NCBI GenBank assembly: GCA_964356415.1
Contig: CAYHHK010000005.1
Span: 14,908-56,123 of the forward strand
Length of the DNA stretch: 41,216 bases
Origin: an uncultured Flavobacteriales bacterium
Lineage (GTDB): Bacteria; Bacteroidota; Bacteroidia; AKYH767-A; 2013-40CM-41-45
Direction: 5' to 3'
The notes under the pieces were generated by a model. The model was given only the letters and a program-made list of their open reading frames with translations. It searched no databases and was not told the origin of the DNA. Both the position numbers and the translations under genes were made by a program. Numbering within the stretch: the stretch's first letter is position 1; each line of letters begins with the position of its first letter. This document shows, piece by piece, positions 17,603 through 26,583 of the stretch.

Positions 17603-18466
17603 ATGAAATTCCTTTGGGCAGTTGCAACAGTTTTAATTTTTTGCCTTGGTACATTTTTTCAATCCTGCGACCGGTCTAATGAGGAGGAGATGCCGGACGG
17701 CCGTTATGGTTATATAGCAGGATTGAATCTTGTTCTGAATATTGATACAGCAGGAGTTTACCTGGACAGCTGCAACAATCCGGCTGTGCTGGTTACCGGG
17801 CATGGCGCTCAATCTCCGGTACTTAATTATGCCCTGATAGAAAAGGTCGAATTGTTTGAGGATCCTGCTACAGCTTACGGGCATGGATATGAATTTGGAA
17901 AGAACTATTCATCCGTTTACCAGACCATTCACAATAACACCGAAACCCTGGACCTGAGTTGTCGAAGAGGAGCCACTCAGGTGACCTTTCATTGGATCAG
18001 GATCTACATCGGCTATCAGAATTACAAGGTTAAATGCAGGATCGGCAGTCAGCCGGCCGAATACAACCTGCTTTCATTCCTGCACGACTACCAGGCCTAT
18101 CACCAGGTATTGCCAATTCAGGACAGTACCATTTCACTGGACAGTGTCAAGTACAAGGGTGAATGGTTCCTTGAAGCAGACAGCGCAGGTTCAGGGATGG
18201 TACTGGAAGGAATAAGCAAAAATGAGACTGCTCCTGACCCATTTTGTGCCACCTCGCCGCCGCTTTCGCAGAACCTTTACGTACTCACATGTCCGATTCC
18301 TTCCGGACTTGTGTTTTATAAGAATGAAACAAAAACATTGCACGTTTCTATCTCAATGAAAAACTGTTTTGAATGGATAGAACACAGTGATCCGGCTTAT
18401 TTTGAGCCGCTTGACGGAGATACAATTTTCGACATCGGATTGAGGGGGGCGAAAGTGCTGCAGTAG
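17603..18466 (+). CDS. Hypothetical lipoprotein
   Basis: Lipobox FQSC after a hydrophobic signal. TACATTTG -7 element at 17590-17597 just upstream. Confidence 0.75.
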   Translation: MKFLWAVATVLIFCLGTFFQSCDRSNEEEMPDGRYGYIAGLNLVLNIDTAGVYLDSCNNPAVLVTGHGAQSPVLNYALIEKVELFEDPATAYGHGYEFGKNYSSVYQTIHNNTETLDLSCRRGATQVTFHWIRIYIGYQNYKVKCRIGSQPAEYNLLSFLHDYQAYHQVLPIQDSTISLDSVKYKGEWFLEADSAGSGMVLEGISKNETAPDPFCATSPPLSQNLYVLTCPIPSGLVFYKNETKTLHVSISMKNCFEWIEHSDPAYFEPLDGDTIFDIGLRGAKVLQ

Positions 18467-18470
18467 TCTG

Positions 18471-18968
18471 TTGGTGAACTTTGTTCTTAGCTTATTTTCC
18501 TACTTTCACGCGCTGTTAAAAATTCCCGAATTGAAAGAAAAACTAAACATCACCTCCCTTACTGAAACCGTAGAGGTGAACATCCGCTTCTCCGAGACTG
18601 ACCCCATGGGCATTGTATGGCATGGCAATTACCTCAAATACCTGGAAGACGGACGGGAAGCATTCGGCGCAAAGTATGGCATCGGCTATATGGATATTTA
18701 CAAGCAGGGGTTTGCTGCCCCGCTGGTGGAGATAGATATCAAGTACAAAAAGGCATTGCGCTACGGGGAAAGCATCCTCATTGAAACCAAGTACGTACAC
18801 GACGATGCCGCAAAAATTATTTTCGCATACAAGGTGATGAATGCAAAAAAGCCGGAGGAGATCATTGCAACGGCTAACTCCATACAGGTTTTTCTGGATC
18901 TGAAAGGCGAACTCCTCCTCACCAACCCGCAGTTTTACCAGGAGTGGAAAAAGAAATACGCGGTGTGA
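18471..18968 (+). CDS. Acyl-CoA/ACP thioesterase (4HBT/YbgC hot-dog family); start may be the TTG at 18531
   Basis: IRFSETDPMGIVWHGNYLKYLEDGRE motif. First gene of the pigment cluster. Confidence 0.9.
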   Translation: MVNFVLSLFSYFHALLKIPELKEKLNITSLTETVEVNIRFSETDPMGIVWHGNYLKYLEDGREAFGAKYGIGYMDIYKQGFAAPLVEIDIKYKKALRYGESILIETKYVHDDAAKIIFAYKVMNAKKPEEIIATANSIQVFLDLKGELLLTNPQFYQEWKKKYAV

Positions 18969-19014
18969 ACAGCCAGCCTCCTATCCCCCGAAGGGGGAAT
19001 AAGGCCAACAGCCA

Positions 19015-19147
19015 TTTCACGCAAACATTTCTTTTGCGAAGCCGCTACAGTGAAGCAAGGGGCACAAAGAGCGCAAAGGAGTCTTGCTTTAATTTGATTT
19101 TATCTTTGCGTTCTTAGCGTCCCGATAGCTATCGGGATTGCGTGAAA
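19015..19147. repeat. CGCAAAG-family miniature inverted-repeat element interrupted by an 18-bp palindrome (19120-19137)
   Basis: TTTCACGCAA...GGCACAAAGAGCGCAAAG / CTTTGCGTTCTTAGCG[TCCCGATAGCTATCGGGA]TTGCGTGAAA. Confidence 0.82.
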
Positions 19148-19181
19148 CTCTTCCAGCATATTTGCTAACCATTCGACTACC

Positions 19182-20342
19182 TTGACTAACAGTGCCTACA
19201 TAATCGGAGAGAATATCATTAGCCCTCTGGGTTTTTCCGCTGCCGAGAACTTCATCAACGTTTCTGCAAATAGGACAGGTGTAAAAACTATTCTCGACAA
19301 AGACTTTATTCCGCTTCCATTCAGCGGAGCAAGAATTGGCAACGATATCCTGGATCATGAATTTCAAAAGCTAAGCGTTACTGAAAAATATACGCGGCTT
19401 GAAAAAATGATGCTGCTCTCAATCGCCGATGCAGTAAGACATTCAGGCATTGATATAACCGGAACCGATACAATATTTGTTTTCTCTACCACGAAGGGAA
19501 ATATCGAGTTGCTCAACTCAAAATTCAAGAATGAGTTTGATTCATCCCGCATTCAGTTATGGAAAACTGCACAGTTTGTGACTTATTTTTTCCGGAATCC
19601 AAACAAGCCAGTAGTCATATCCAATGCCTGCATCTCAGGGGTCGTTGCCCTTATTTACGCTTCTGAACTTGTGCAAGACGGAAAATTTAAAAACGCAGTG
19701 GTCTGCGGAATGGATGCACTCACTGAATTTGTGGTCAGCGGTTTTCAGTCTTTCCTCGCCATAAGCGGAGAACCCTGCAAGCCGTTTGACCAGGCACGCA
19801 ACGGAATTTCCCTCGGAGAAGCATGTGCCACAATTGTACTTTCATCAGAAAGAAATAAAGATGAAAAAACTTCAGTTGAAATTGTTGGCGGGGCCACAAG
19901 CAACGACGCAAACCATATTTCCGGACCTTCACGCACAGGCGAAGGTTTGGTGAAAGCCATTGAACATGCATTCAGGCAGAATCAAATATCAGCAGGACAA
20001 ATAGATTTTATCTCTGCGCACGGAACAGCTACACCATACAATGATGAAATGGAGGCAATAGCTTTTTCAAGAACAGGTCTTGATGGAGTTCCGGTCAACA
20101 GCTTCAAAGGGTATTACGGACATACCCTGGGCGCTGCCGGTGTACTGGAAACGGTGCTTACGTCTTTGTCGATGAAAAATAATTTGCTGATAAGATCATT
20201 GGGTTATGCATCACATGGTGTTTCCAAGCCGCTGAATGTAATCTCAGAAAATAAAAGCAAAGAAATACGTACATCTTTAAAAGTAGCATCGGGCTTTGGC
20301 GGTTGCAATGCGGCCATGATCCTGCAAAAACATGAAGGCTGA
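19182..20342 (+). CDS. Beta-ketoacyl-ACP synthase (KS, catalytic), aryl-polyene/flexirubin type
   Basis: ISNACISG (Cys), SAHGTAT (His), KGYYGHTLGAAG (His) and SGFGG. TTG start. Confidence 0.92.
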   Translation: MTNSAYIIGENIISPLGFSAAENFINVSANRTGVKTILDKDFIPLPFSGARIGNDILDHEFQKLSVTEKYTRLEKMMLLSIADAVRHSGIDITGTDTIFVFSTTKGNIELLNSKFKNEFDSSRIQLWKTAQFVTYFFRNPNKPVVISNACISGVVALIYASELVQDGKFKNAVVCGMDALTEFVVSGFQSFLAISGEPCKPFDQARNGISLGEACATIVLSSERNKDEKTSVEIVGGATSNDANHISGPSRTGEGLVKAIEHAFRQNQISAGQIDFISAHGTATPYNDEMEAIAFSRTGLDGVPVNSFKGYYGHTLGAAGVLETVLTSLSMKNNLLIRSLGYASHGVSKPLNVISENKSKEIRTSLKVASGFGGCNAAMILQKHEG

Positions 20343-20970
20343 AGATCTTTATATCACGTCCTCGGTTGTTGTAAGCAGCAATAGTGCGGTTCACAACGGT
20401 ATTGTTTTCTATGAGAAGAAAGATGGAGATGCTTTGTCGTTCGTTAAAGAACTATACAAGCAATTGAAATGCGACTATTCCAAGTTTTATAAGATGGATA
20501 ATCTCTGTAAGCTGGCTTTTGCAGCAACGGAATTACTATTGTTGAACCGGACTATAAACTGTCCGAAGGAAGAAATTGCTTTGGTGTTTTCCAATGCCGG
20601 TTCGTCTCTGGATACCGATAAAACGTACTATGCTTCTGTAGCCGACAAGTCAAATTACTTTCCCAGTCCGGCAGTGTTTGTTTACACGTTGCCCAATATC
20701 ATGATGGGCGAGATCTGTATCCGGCATCAATTTCAGGGTGAAAATGCTTTTTTCATTGCTGAAAAGTTTGACGCAGATTTGCTTGTTGACTATTCCGCCG
20801 GCCTGTTGACTTCAGGTAAGGCAAAATGTGTCATTGCAGGATGGGTGGAAATCAATGAAAACGCTTGGGATGCAGCACTTTTCCTGCTTGAACAGACAGC
20901 AAAAGAAAATTCAGAAACCCGTTTAACGAAAGAAAGTTTAAACGAAATTTACACCCTCAAAAAGGATTAA
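20332..20970 (+). CDS. Short KS-like partner (chain-length-factor-like, non-catalytic)
   Basis: YSKFYKMDNLCKLAF and PSPAVFVYTLPNIMMGEICIRH. No catalytic Cys-His-His. Overlaps the KS stop. Confidence 0.82.
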   Translation: MKAEDLYITSSVVVSSNSAVHNGIVFYEKKDGDALSFVKELYKQLKCDYSKFYKMDNLCKLAFAATELLLLNRTINCPKEEIALVFSNAGSSLDTDKTYYASVADKSNYFPSPAVFVYTLPNIMMGEICIRHQFQGENAFFIAEKFDADLLVDYSAGLLTSGKAKCVIAGWVEINENAWDAALFLLEQTAKENSETRLTKESLNEIYTLKKD

Positions 20971-20981
20971 GAAATAACGTT

Positions 20982-21236
20982 ATGGAAGACATAATTGCCA
21001 AACTCAAAACTGAGATCATTACCCAGCTCAACCTCGAAGACAAAACCCCTGCAGATATCCAGACTGATGCGCCACTTTTCGGCGACGGGCTTGGGCTGGA
21101 TTCTATTGATGCACTTGAACTCATCGTACTGCTTGAAAAAAATTACGGACTTAAACTCGATAAGCCTGAAGACGGCAAAGCGGTTTTTCATTCGGTGAAG
21201 TCAATGGCTGAGTTTATTCAGTCGAAGAAAAAATAA
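20982..21236 (+). CDS. Acyl carrier protein
   Basis: PLFGDGLGLDSIDALEL phosphopantetheine attachment motif, 84 aa. Confidence 0.95.
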   Translation: MEDIIAKLKTEIITQLNLEDKTPADIQTDAPLFGDGLGLDSIDALELIVLLEKNYGLKLDKPEDGKAVFHSVKSMAEFIQSKKK

Positions 21237-21326
21237 ATTTCCTCAATTCCGAATATTTAATGTCGAATTTCGAAATATATCCGGATTTCATTTTTTTTTG
21301 AAAAGCAGATTTAGATATTCGATATC

Positions 21327-22532
21327 ATGCAAGGGAAAGTTTACATAACAGGTTTGGGGATAATTTCAGCCATCGGTAATACTGTGGACGAATCCCTTCA
21401 ATCCCTCCTTGAATCAAAGACAGGTGTCGGTAAAATCTCAATTCTGAAAACGGCCCTGAGTGAAACCCATCCCGGCGCAGAAGTAAAGAAGACCAATGAA
21501 GAGTTACGGGCAATGTCCGGACTTCTTCAGGACAAATATTTTTCGCGCACAACCTTGCTTGGAATGATTGCGGCCCGGCAGGCCGTTGCATCAGCAAAAA
21601 TCGAGAACATGAAGGAGCTGCGTACAGGATTCATCTCTGCAACCAGTGTTGGAGGAATGGATCGTACCGAAGTTTTTTATGAAGAATTTTCAAAAGACAA
21701 TTCACGTGGGCATTTGCGTGATGTTATTACCCATGACTGCGGAGAAAGCACAGAAGCAATTGCCTTGCAACTCGGCATCAAAGATTATGTCGATACAATA
21801 AGCACCGCTTGTTCATCTTCTGCAAATGCCATTATGCTGGGTGCAAAGCTTATTAAACAGGGTAAACTTGACAGAGTCATTGCCGGCGGAACAGATGCCT
21901 TGTCACGTTTTACACTGAACGGATTTAATTCGCTGATGATCCTCGACAAACAACTCTGTCAGCCGTTTGACGAAAACCGCAGAGGCCTGAACATGGGGGA
22001 GGGAGCAGGATTCATCGTGCTTGAATCGGAAAAAAATCCCGGAATAGAAAAAAAAGAGATCTTCGGAGAACTGACAGGTTATGCAAATACCAACGATGCA
22101 TACCATCAGACAGCCTCATCTCCTGATGCTAAAGGTGCAATCATGGCAATGTCGCAGGCGATGCAAATGGCAAAACTATCGCCGGATCAGATTGATTACA
22201 TCAATGCACATGGAACAGGTACGCCAAACAACGACCTTACTGAGGAAACTGCATTCAATACAATTTTTGGTGAGCACATTCCACCATTCAGTTCTACAAA
22301 GGGATATACAGGACATACGCTGGCAGCAGCCGGTGGAATTGAGACCGTCTTCTCTCTCCTTGCTTTGAAACATGGGTTGATCTTTCCCAATCTCCGATAC
22401 GAAACAATGATGAAGGAATTTCATTTCAGTCCTGTGACAGAATTGAAGCGGCAGGTTCAGTTGAAAAACGTGATCTCTAATTCATTTGGATTTGGAGGGA
22501 ATAATTCGTCATTACTTTTTTCAAAAACCTGA
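21327..22532 (+). CDS. Beta-ketoacyl-ACP synthase II family (KS, catalytic)
   Basis: STACSSS, NAHGTGT, KGYTGHTLAAAG and SNSFGFGGNN motifs. Confidence 0.94.
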   Translation: MQGKVYITGLGIISAIGNTVDESLQSLLESKTGVGKISILKTALSETHPGAEVKKTNEELRAMSGLLQDKYFSRTTLLGMIAARQAVASAKIENMKELRTGFISATSVGGMDRTEVFYEEFSKDNSRGHLRDVITHDCGESTEAIALQLGIKDYVDTISTACSSSANAIMLGAKLIKQGKLDRVIAGGTDALSRFTLNGFNSLMILDKQLCQPFDENRRGLNMGEGAGFIVLESEKNPGIEKKEIFGELTGYANTNDAYHQTASSPDAKGAIMAMSQAMQMAKLSPDQIDYINAHGTGTPNNDLTEETAFNTIFGEHIPPFSSTKGYTGHTLAAAGGIETVFSLLALKHGLIFPNLRYETMMKEFHFSPVTELKRQVQLKNVISNSFGFGGNNSSLLFSKT

Positions 22533-22540
22533 AATGGAAC

Positions 22541-22748
22541 TTGCCACGAATTCCACTAATTTTCACAAATTAATGAATGAGACGATTTATTTGAAATTCA
22601 TATTTATTTGCAAATTATTTCCTGACCTGCTTTTATCAATTCGGGCAATTGGTGGAAACATGAATTCAGCTGCATTGGTGTCTATTTATGTAATAATTGG
22701 CTGCTCGAATTCAAATACATTAGTGTCAATTCGTGAAATTGGTGGCAA
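22541..22748. repeat. Imperfect inverted-repeat element built of 9-10-nt CACGAATT/CACTAATT subunits
   Basis: Left arm TTGCCACGAATTCCACTAATTTTCACAAAT; right arm ATTAGTGTCAATTCGTGAAATTGGTGGCAA (22719-22748); extra partial right arm at ~22637-22658. Confidence 0.78.
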
Positions 22749-22759
22749 AGAAATTTGAT

Positions 22760-23815
22760 ATGGAAATTTACATCAGATCAGCTTCTTGTATTTCACCGCA
22801 GCCAACCTTTGGAACAGTTGCCCTGCCTGCCGATATCAAAACATTTTCTGAAAATAAACTTTTATCAATCGAGCCTGATTATAAAACACACCTGAATATT
22901 CCTTCCGCAAGAAGAATGAGCCGGCTCATCAAAATGGGAGTTTGTGCCGCATTAAGCTGTGTGAGAGATTCTGGTGTGCAAACTCCGGATGCAATCATCT
23001 GTGGAACAGGTTTGGGCTGCATGGAGGACTCAGAAAAATTTCTTGCTTCATTGCTTGACAACAACGAACAAACTTTATCTCCCACCTCATTTATTTTTTC
23101 CACACACAATACTGTTGCAGCACAGGTTGCTTTGTTATTGCAATGCAATAATTACAACTTCACGCACACGCATCGTGGATTGTCGTTTGAGAATTCATTG
23201 ATGGATGCAATGTTATTTTTAAATGACCACCCGCAGTCAAATGTGCTTGTCGGTGCAACGGATGAAATCACTACTACCAGTTTCAAAATATTGGAGCGGC
23301 TGGGTGGAATAAGTAAAGAGGTCGGAAGTAATTCTTTGAATGAAAAGCAGACTTCAGGAACAATAGCAGGGGAGGGCTCTGCATTTTTTAATTTGAAAAG
23401 CATCAACGATAAAAACAATTTAGCGAAGTTTATCGCTGTTGAAACATTTTCTAACCCTGAGAGCGAAGTTGAAATAGCTGAAAAGATAGGCGCATTCGTT
23501 GGTCAACATAAGATATCCGCCGGTGATTTCATCCTGCTTGGAAACAATGGTGATGTAAATGGAGACATGATTTACAAGTCTGCCATCGAAGACCATTTCA
23601 GTCATAACAAGACCGGCATGTACAAGCACTTGTGTGGTGATTACCATACTTCAACTGCTTTTGCTTTCTGGCTGAGCGCACTTATGCTAAAGGAGCAACG
23701 AATTCCGAAATACATATCTCCTGAGAGACCGGTCGCATTTGCTCCGGAAAGGATTTTGATCCTCAATCATTATAAAGGCAGGGAGTTTTCTTTGTTGCTG
23801 CTTGAAAGATGCTGA
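22760..23815 (+). CDS. KS chain-length factor (non-catalytic KS homologue)
   Basis: ARRMSRLIKMG, GTGLGC, LSPTSFIFSTHNT, HRGLSFE in place of TAC, and GEGSAFF. The ATG at 22760 is preferred. Confidence 0.87.
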   Translation: MEIYIRSASCISPQPTFGTVALPADIKTFSENKLLSIEPDYKTHLNIPSARRMSRLIKMGVCAALSCVRDSGVQTPDAIICGTGLGCMEDSEKFLASLLDNNEQTLSPTSFIFSTHNTVAAQVALLLQCNNYNFTHTHRGLSFENSLMDAMLFLNDHPQSNVLVGATDEITTTSFKILERLGGISKEVGSNSLNEKQTSGTIAGEGSAFFNLKSINDKNNLAKFIAVETFSNPESEVEIAEKIGAFVGQHKISAGDFILLGNNGDVNGDMIYKSAIEDHFSHNKTGMYKHLCGDYHTSTAFAFWLSALMLKEQRIPKYISPERPVAFAPERILILNHYKGREFSLLLLERC

Positions 23816-24585
23816 ACTACCGCGATTCATCAATTGTATTCATTCTGATCATTCTTGGCCTGATGGCATATGATTATATGTATCACATTTCAGTGTGGTA
23901 TTATTTAATTGCGTTCTTTTTGTTTAGTCTGACAATATTTTTCGGAAGTTATTTTATTCAGTCCGGCTTTTTTTTGAAAGCCTATTGCAATGGCGATGAA
24001 AACAAAGGTCAGATTGCTATTACCTTTGACGATGGTCCACATGAGAATACACCACTAATTCTCGATGTGCTGAAAAAAAACAATGCTACTGCAGCATTCT
24101 TTTGCATTGGGAAGAATATTGCGGGAAAGGAAAATATTGTAAAGAGAATTAACGATGAAGGGCACGTTGTTTCAAATCATTCTTTTTCTCATCATAACTT
24201 ATTTGATTTTTTCTCTGTGAAAAAATTGAAACAGGATGTTTCCAAAACCGATGAACTGATTCTCCAAAGTACCGGGAAAAGAAATAAATTATTCCGGCCC
24301 CCGTTTGGTGTAACCACACCGAATATTGCACAAATGGTTAAGGAAATGGATTATAAAGTGATCGGCTGGAACCTGAGATCGTACGATACCACCATAAAAG
24401 ACCATGACCGGCTCATGAACAGGATCCTGAAAGGAATAAAAAACGGTTCATTAATTTTGCTGCACGATACAACTCCCGGTATAGATATTGTTTTGCAGAA
24501 AGTACTGGATCATGCCAGTGAAAGAAATCTGAAAGTGGTCAGCATTGAAGAGATGTTTCAAATAAACGCTTATGAATCGGTTTAA
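23809..24585 (+). CDS. Membrane-anchored polysaccharide deacetylase (CE4/NodB)
   Basis: TFDDGP, NHSFSH, FRPPFG and LLHD motifs; two N-terminal TM helices. Confidence 0.92.
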   Translation: MLNYRDSSIVFILIILGLMAYDYMYHISVWYYLIAFFLFSLTIFFGSYFIQSGFFLKAYCNGDENKGQIAITFDDGPHENTPLILDVLKKNNATAAFFCIGKNIAGKENIVKRINDEGHVVSNHSFSHHNLFDFFSVKKLKQDVSKTDELILQSTGKRNKLFRPPFGVTTPNIAQMVKEMDYKVIGWNLRSYDTTIKDHDRLMNRILKGIKNGSLILLHDTTPGIDIVLQKVLDHASERNLKVVSIEEMFQINAYESV

Positions 24586-25213
24586 TAAATATATTTCATT
24601 TTTAATTCTTTACTTCATTCCTGTCCTGACGAATGCTCAACAGGCAATGAAATCAATGGCAGATACAACTGCATTTAAAAATGGCCTTGCGCAATTTTCA
24701 AGATCAACACAAACTATTCAGGGTGAATTTGTACAGGAAAAAAAACTAAAGATGCTCAATGATAAAGTGGTAAGTAGGGGTTCGTTGCATTTTAAGAAAG
24801 AGAATAAACTCAGGTGGGAATATACGGAGCCGTTTAGCTATATCATTTCATTGAATAATGGTAAAGTCATGCTGAAAGACGAAGGAAAGGTTTCCAGTTA
24901 TGATGCAAATGCCAATAAACTCTTCCTTGAGCTAAATGATATACTGATCACCTGTATCAACGGGAATATATTTCAGATCAAAAAATTCTCATTTCGATTC
25001 TTGGAGACTGAAAAAAACAACATAGCTGAACTGACGCCCGTAAATTCAGCAATGAAAAATTTTATTGACAAGATCATTCTATACTTTGACAAAACCGACT
25101 TCACAGTGACAAAAGTGGATATGATTGAGCCGTCGCAAAACAACACTGTAATTCATTTCAAAAATAAAAAATTGAATGGCGATATTCCGGACAAATATTT
25201 TGTTCTCAATTAA
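24572..25213 (+). CDS. LolA-like periplasmic carrier protein
   Basis: Signal peptide, FVQEK...SRGSLHFKKENKLRWEYTEPFSY motif. Confidence 0.87.
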   Translation: MNRFNKYISFLILYFIPVLTNAQQAMKSMADTTAFKNGLAQFSRSTQTIQGEFVQEKKLKMLNDKVVSRGSLHFKKENKLRWEYTEPFSYIISLNNGKVMLKDEGKVSSYDANANKLFLELNDILITCINGNIFQIKKFSFRFLETEKNNIAELTPVNSAMKNFIDKIILYFDKTDFTVTKVDMIEPSQNNTVIHFKNKKLNGDIPDKYFVLN

Positions 25214-25245
25214 AATGATTTTAAATACAGATAACGCTGATTCTG

Positions 25246-25944
25246 ATGAAAGCTGTTCAAATCTTTTTTAATCTGTTTTATCGACGTCACCTCTGTCTCG
25301 TTTTTGCTTCGTTTTGTTGTTGCTTCTTACTTAGTTCCTGCTCCCCGAAAATGTTCACAGATTTGAAAAGCGCAGAAGGTCGTTATTCAAAAGGAATGCT
25401 GGCTTTGTTCCGTCCGGGTCAGAACGAAAGCCTCGTTTACAAAACAATGATCAAATACAAAGACAAGGAATTCAGTTCGCTTACTTACCTGAATGCATTG
25501 AGTGATTCGGTATTCAAAATTGTTTTGCTTTCTAACTTTGGCAATACACTTTTTGAAGCTGAGATTTCAAGAGACAGGTTTACTGTGAACAATGTAATAT
25601 CTTACCTCAACAGAAAACCCATACTTAAATTGCTTGAAGGCGACTGGAGAATATTGCTGGGAGGAAATTTAAAAAAAAATATTCCACATCTTTTTGCTGA
25701 AAACAGCCAAAGCACGGTGTTTGATTTCGTTGACGGCAGAACGAATGCCCTGTATCATTACGATCCTGTTACTAAATCGGTAAACATGATCGAATCTTAT
25801 AAGGGTAAATCAAAGAAGGTGCTTGTGAGTATTGAATCAATGCAGGACTTTCAGCCCGAAGTGTTTTCAATTGAGCATCCTTCACTGCATTTGAAGATTA
25901 CGATGTCACTACTAAAAAAAGCAAGCAATGAATCTGTTGAATGA
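25246..25944 (+). CDS. Hypothetical lipoprotein of the pigment cluster
   Basis: Lipobox LSSC, lies between the LolA-like gene and the dehydratase. Confidence 0.7.
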   Translation: MKAVQIFFNLFYRRHLCLVFASFCCCFLLSSCSPKMFTDLKSAEGRYSKGMLALFRPGQNESLVYKTMIKYKDKEFSSLTYLNALSDSVFKIVLLSNFGNTLFEAEISRDRFTVNNVISYLNRKPILKLLEGDWRILLGGNLKKNIPHLFAENSQSTVFDFVDGRTNALYHYDPVTKSVNMIESYKGKSKKVLVSIESMQDFQPEVFSIEHPSLHLKITMSLLKKASNESVE

Positions 25945-26299
25945 TTTTTTCAAAATAATGGATGTCAGCAAGGCAGATCAAAAGTTCACGATTGGTGTTG
26001 AATTAAATCCTGCCCATGAAATATTTCGAGGGCATTTTCCCGGCAATCCTGTTGTGCCCGGTGTATGCATGGTTCAGATGCTGAAAGAAATTCTGAAGCA
26101 CATTTTTACTAAGGATTTCACAATGAAGGAGGCTTCTCAATTAAAATTCCTTGCAATCCTGAATCCCAATGAAGTGAAAGCACTCGTCGTTGAGTTTTCT
26201 GTATTAAAGGATGATAAGGACGGCATGGTTGTCTCCGGCACTTTTCAAAAAGCGGAGTTGATTTTTCTAAAGTTCAAAGGAATATTCATTGCCAATTAG
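25928..26299 (+). CDS. 3-hydroxyacyl-ACP dehydratase (FabA/FabZ/ApeI-like hot-dog fold)
   Basis: HEIFRGHFPGNPVVPGVCM motif. Confidence 0.92.
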   Translation: MNLLNDFFKIMDVSKADQKFTIGVELNPAHEIFRGHFPGNPVVPGVCMVQMLKEILKHIFTKDFTMKEASQLKFLAILNPNEVKALVVEFSVLKDDKDGMVVSGTFQKAELIFLKFKGIFIAN

Positions 26300-26583
26300 G
26301 TATTGCATTTGCGAGGGAGGAACGACCGGAGCAATCCGTCTATCATTTTTTGAGGAGAAGCGGATCAAAGCCGGAAAAGCAAAATCAAATTGATTGAAAG
26401 CATAAATCCGAATTGGGCGGACTTGTCGGATGTGATTAAAAATTGGTAACATGCTTCAAATGAAAAGATTACTTCATCCCGACTGACAATTCTCCCCGTT
26501 AGCTCACAATTGCAAACAAATAATTTGGCTGTCAGAAAAACTGTTTTCCCAATCCTTCCCTAAAACGTATTTTGCACCCAATT

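Noticed and set aside
17472-17654. 61-aa N-terminal extension of Icd in the ORF track
   Set aside because: Similarity to Icd starts at MQKIKV (17471). The extension overlaps the divergent lipoprotein gene and its promoter.
19089-19367. 92-aa minus-strand ORF ending in RNPDSYRDAKNAK
   Set aside because: It is antisense to the KS gene, and its tail is simply the translated repeat and palindrome.
22486-22758. 90-aa ORF between KS and CLF
   Set aside because: It is the translation of the inverted-repeat element (ATNSTNFHKL...IREIGG), with no evidence of a real protein.
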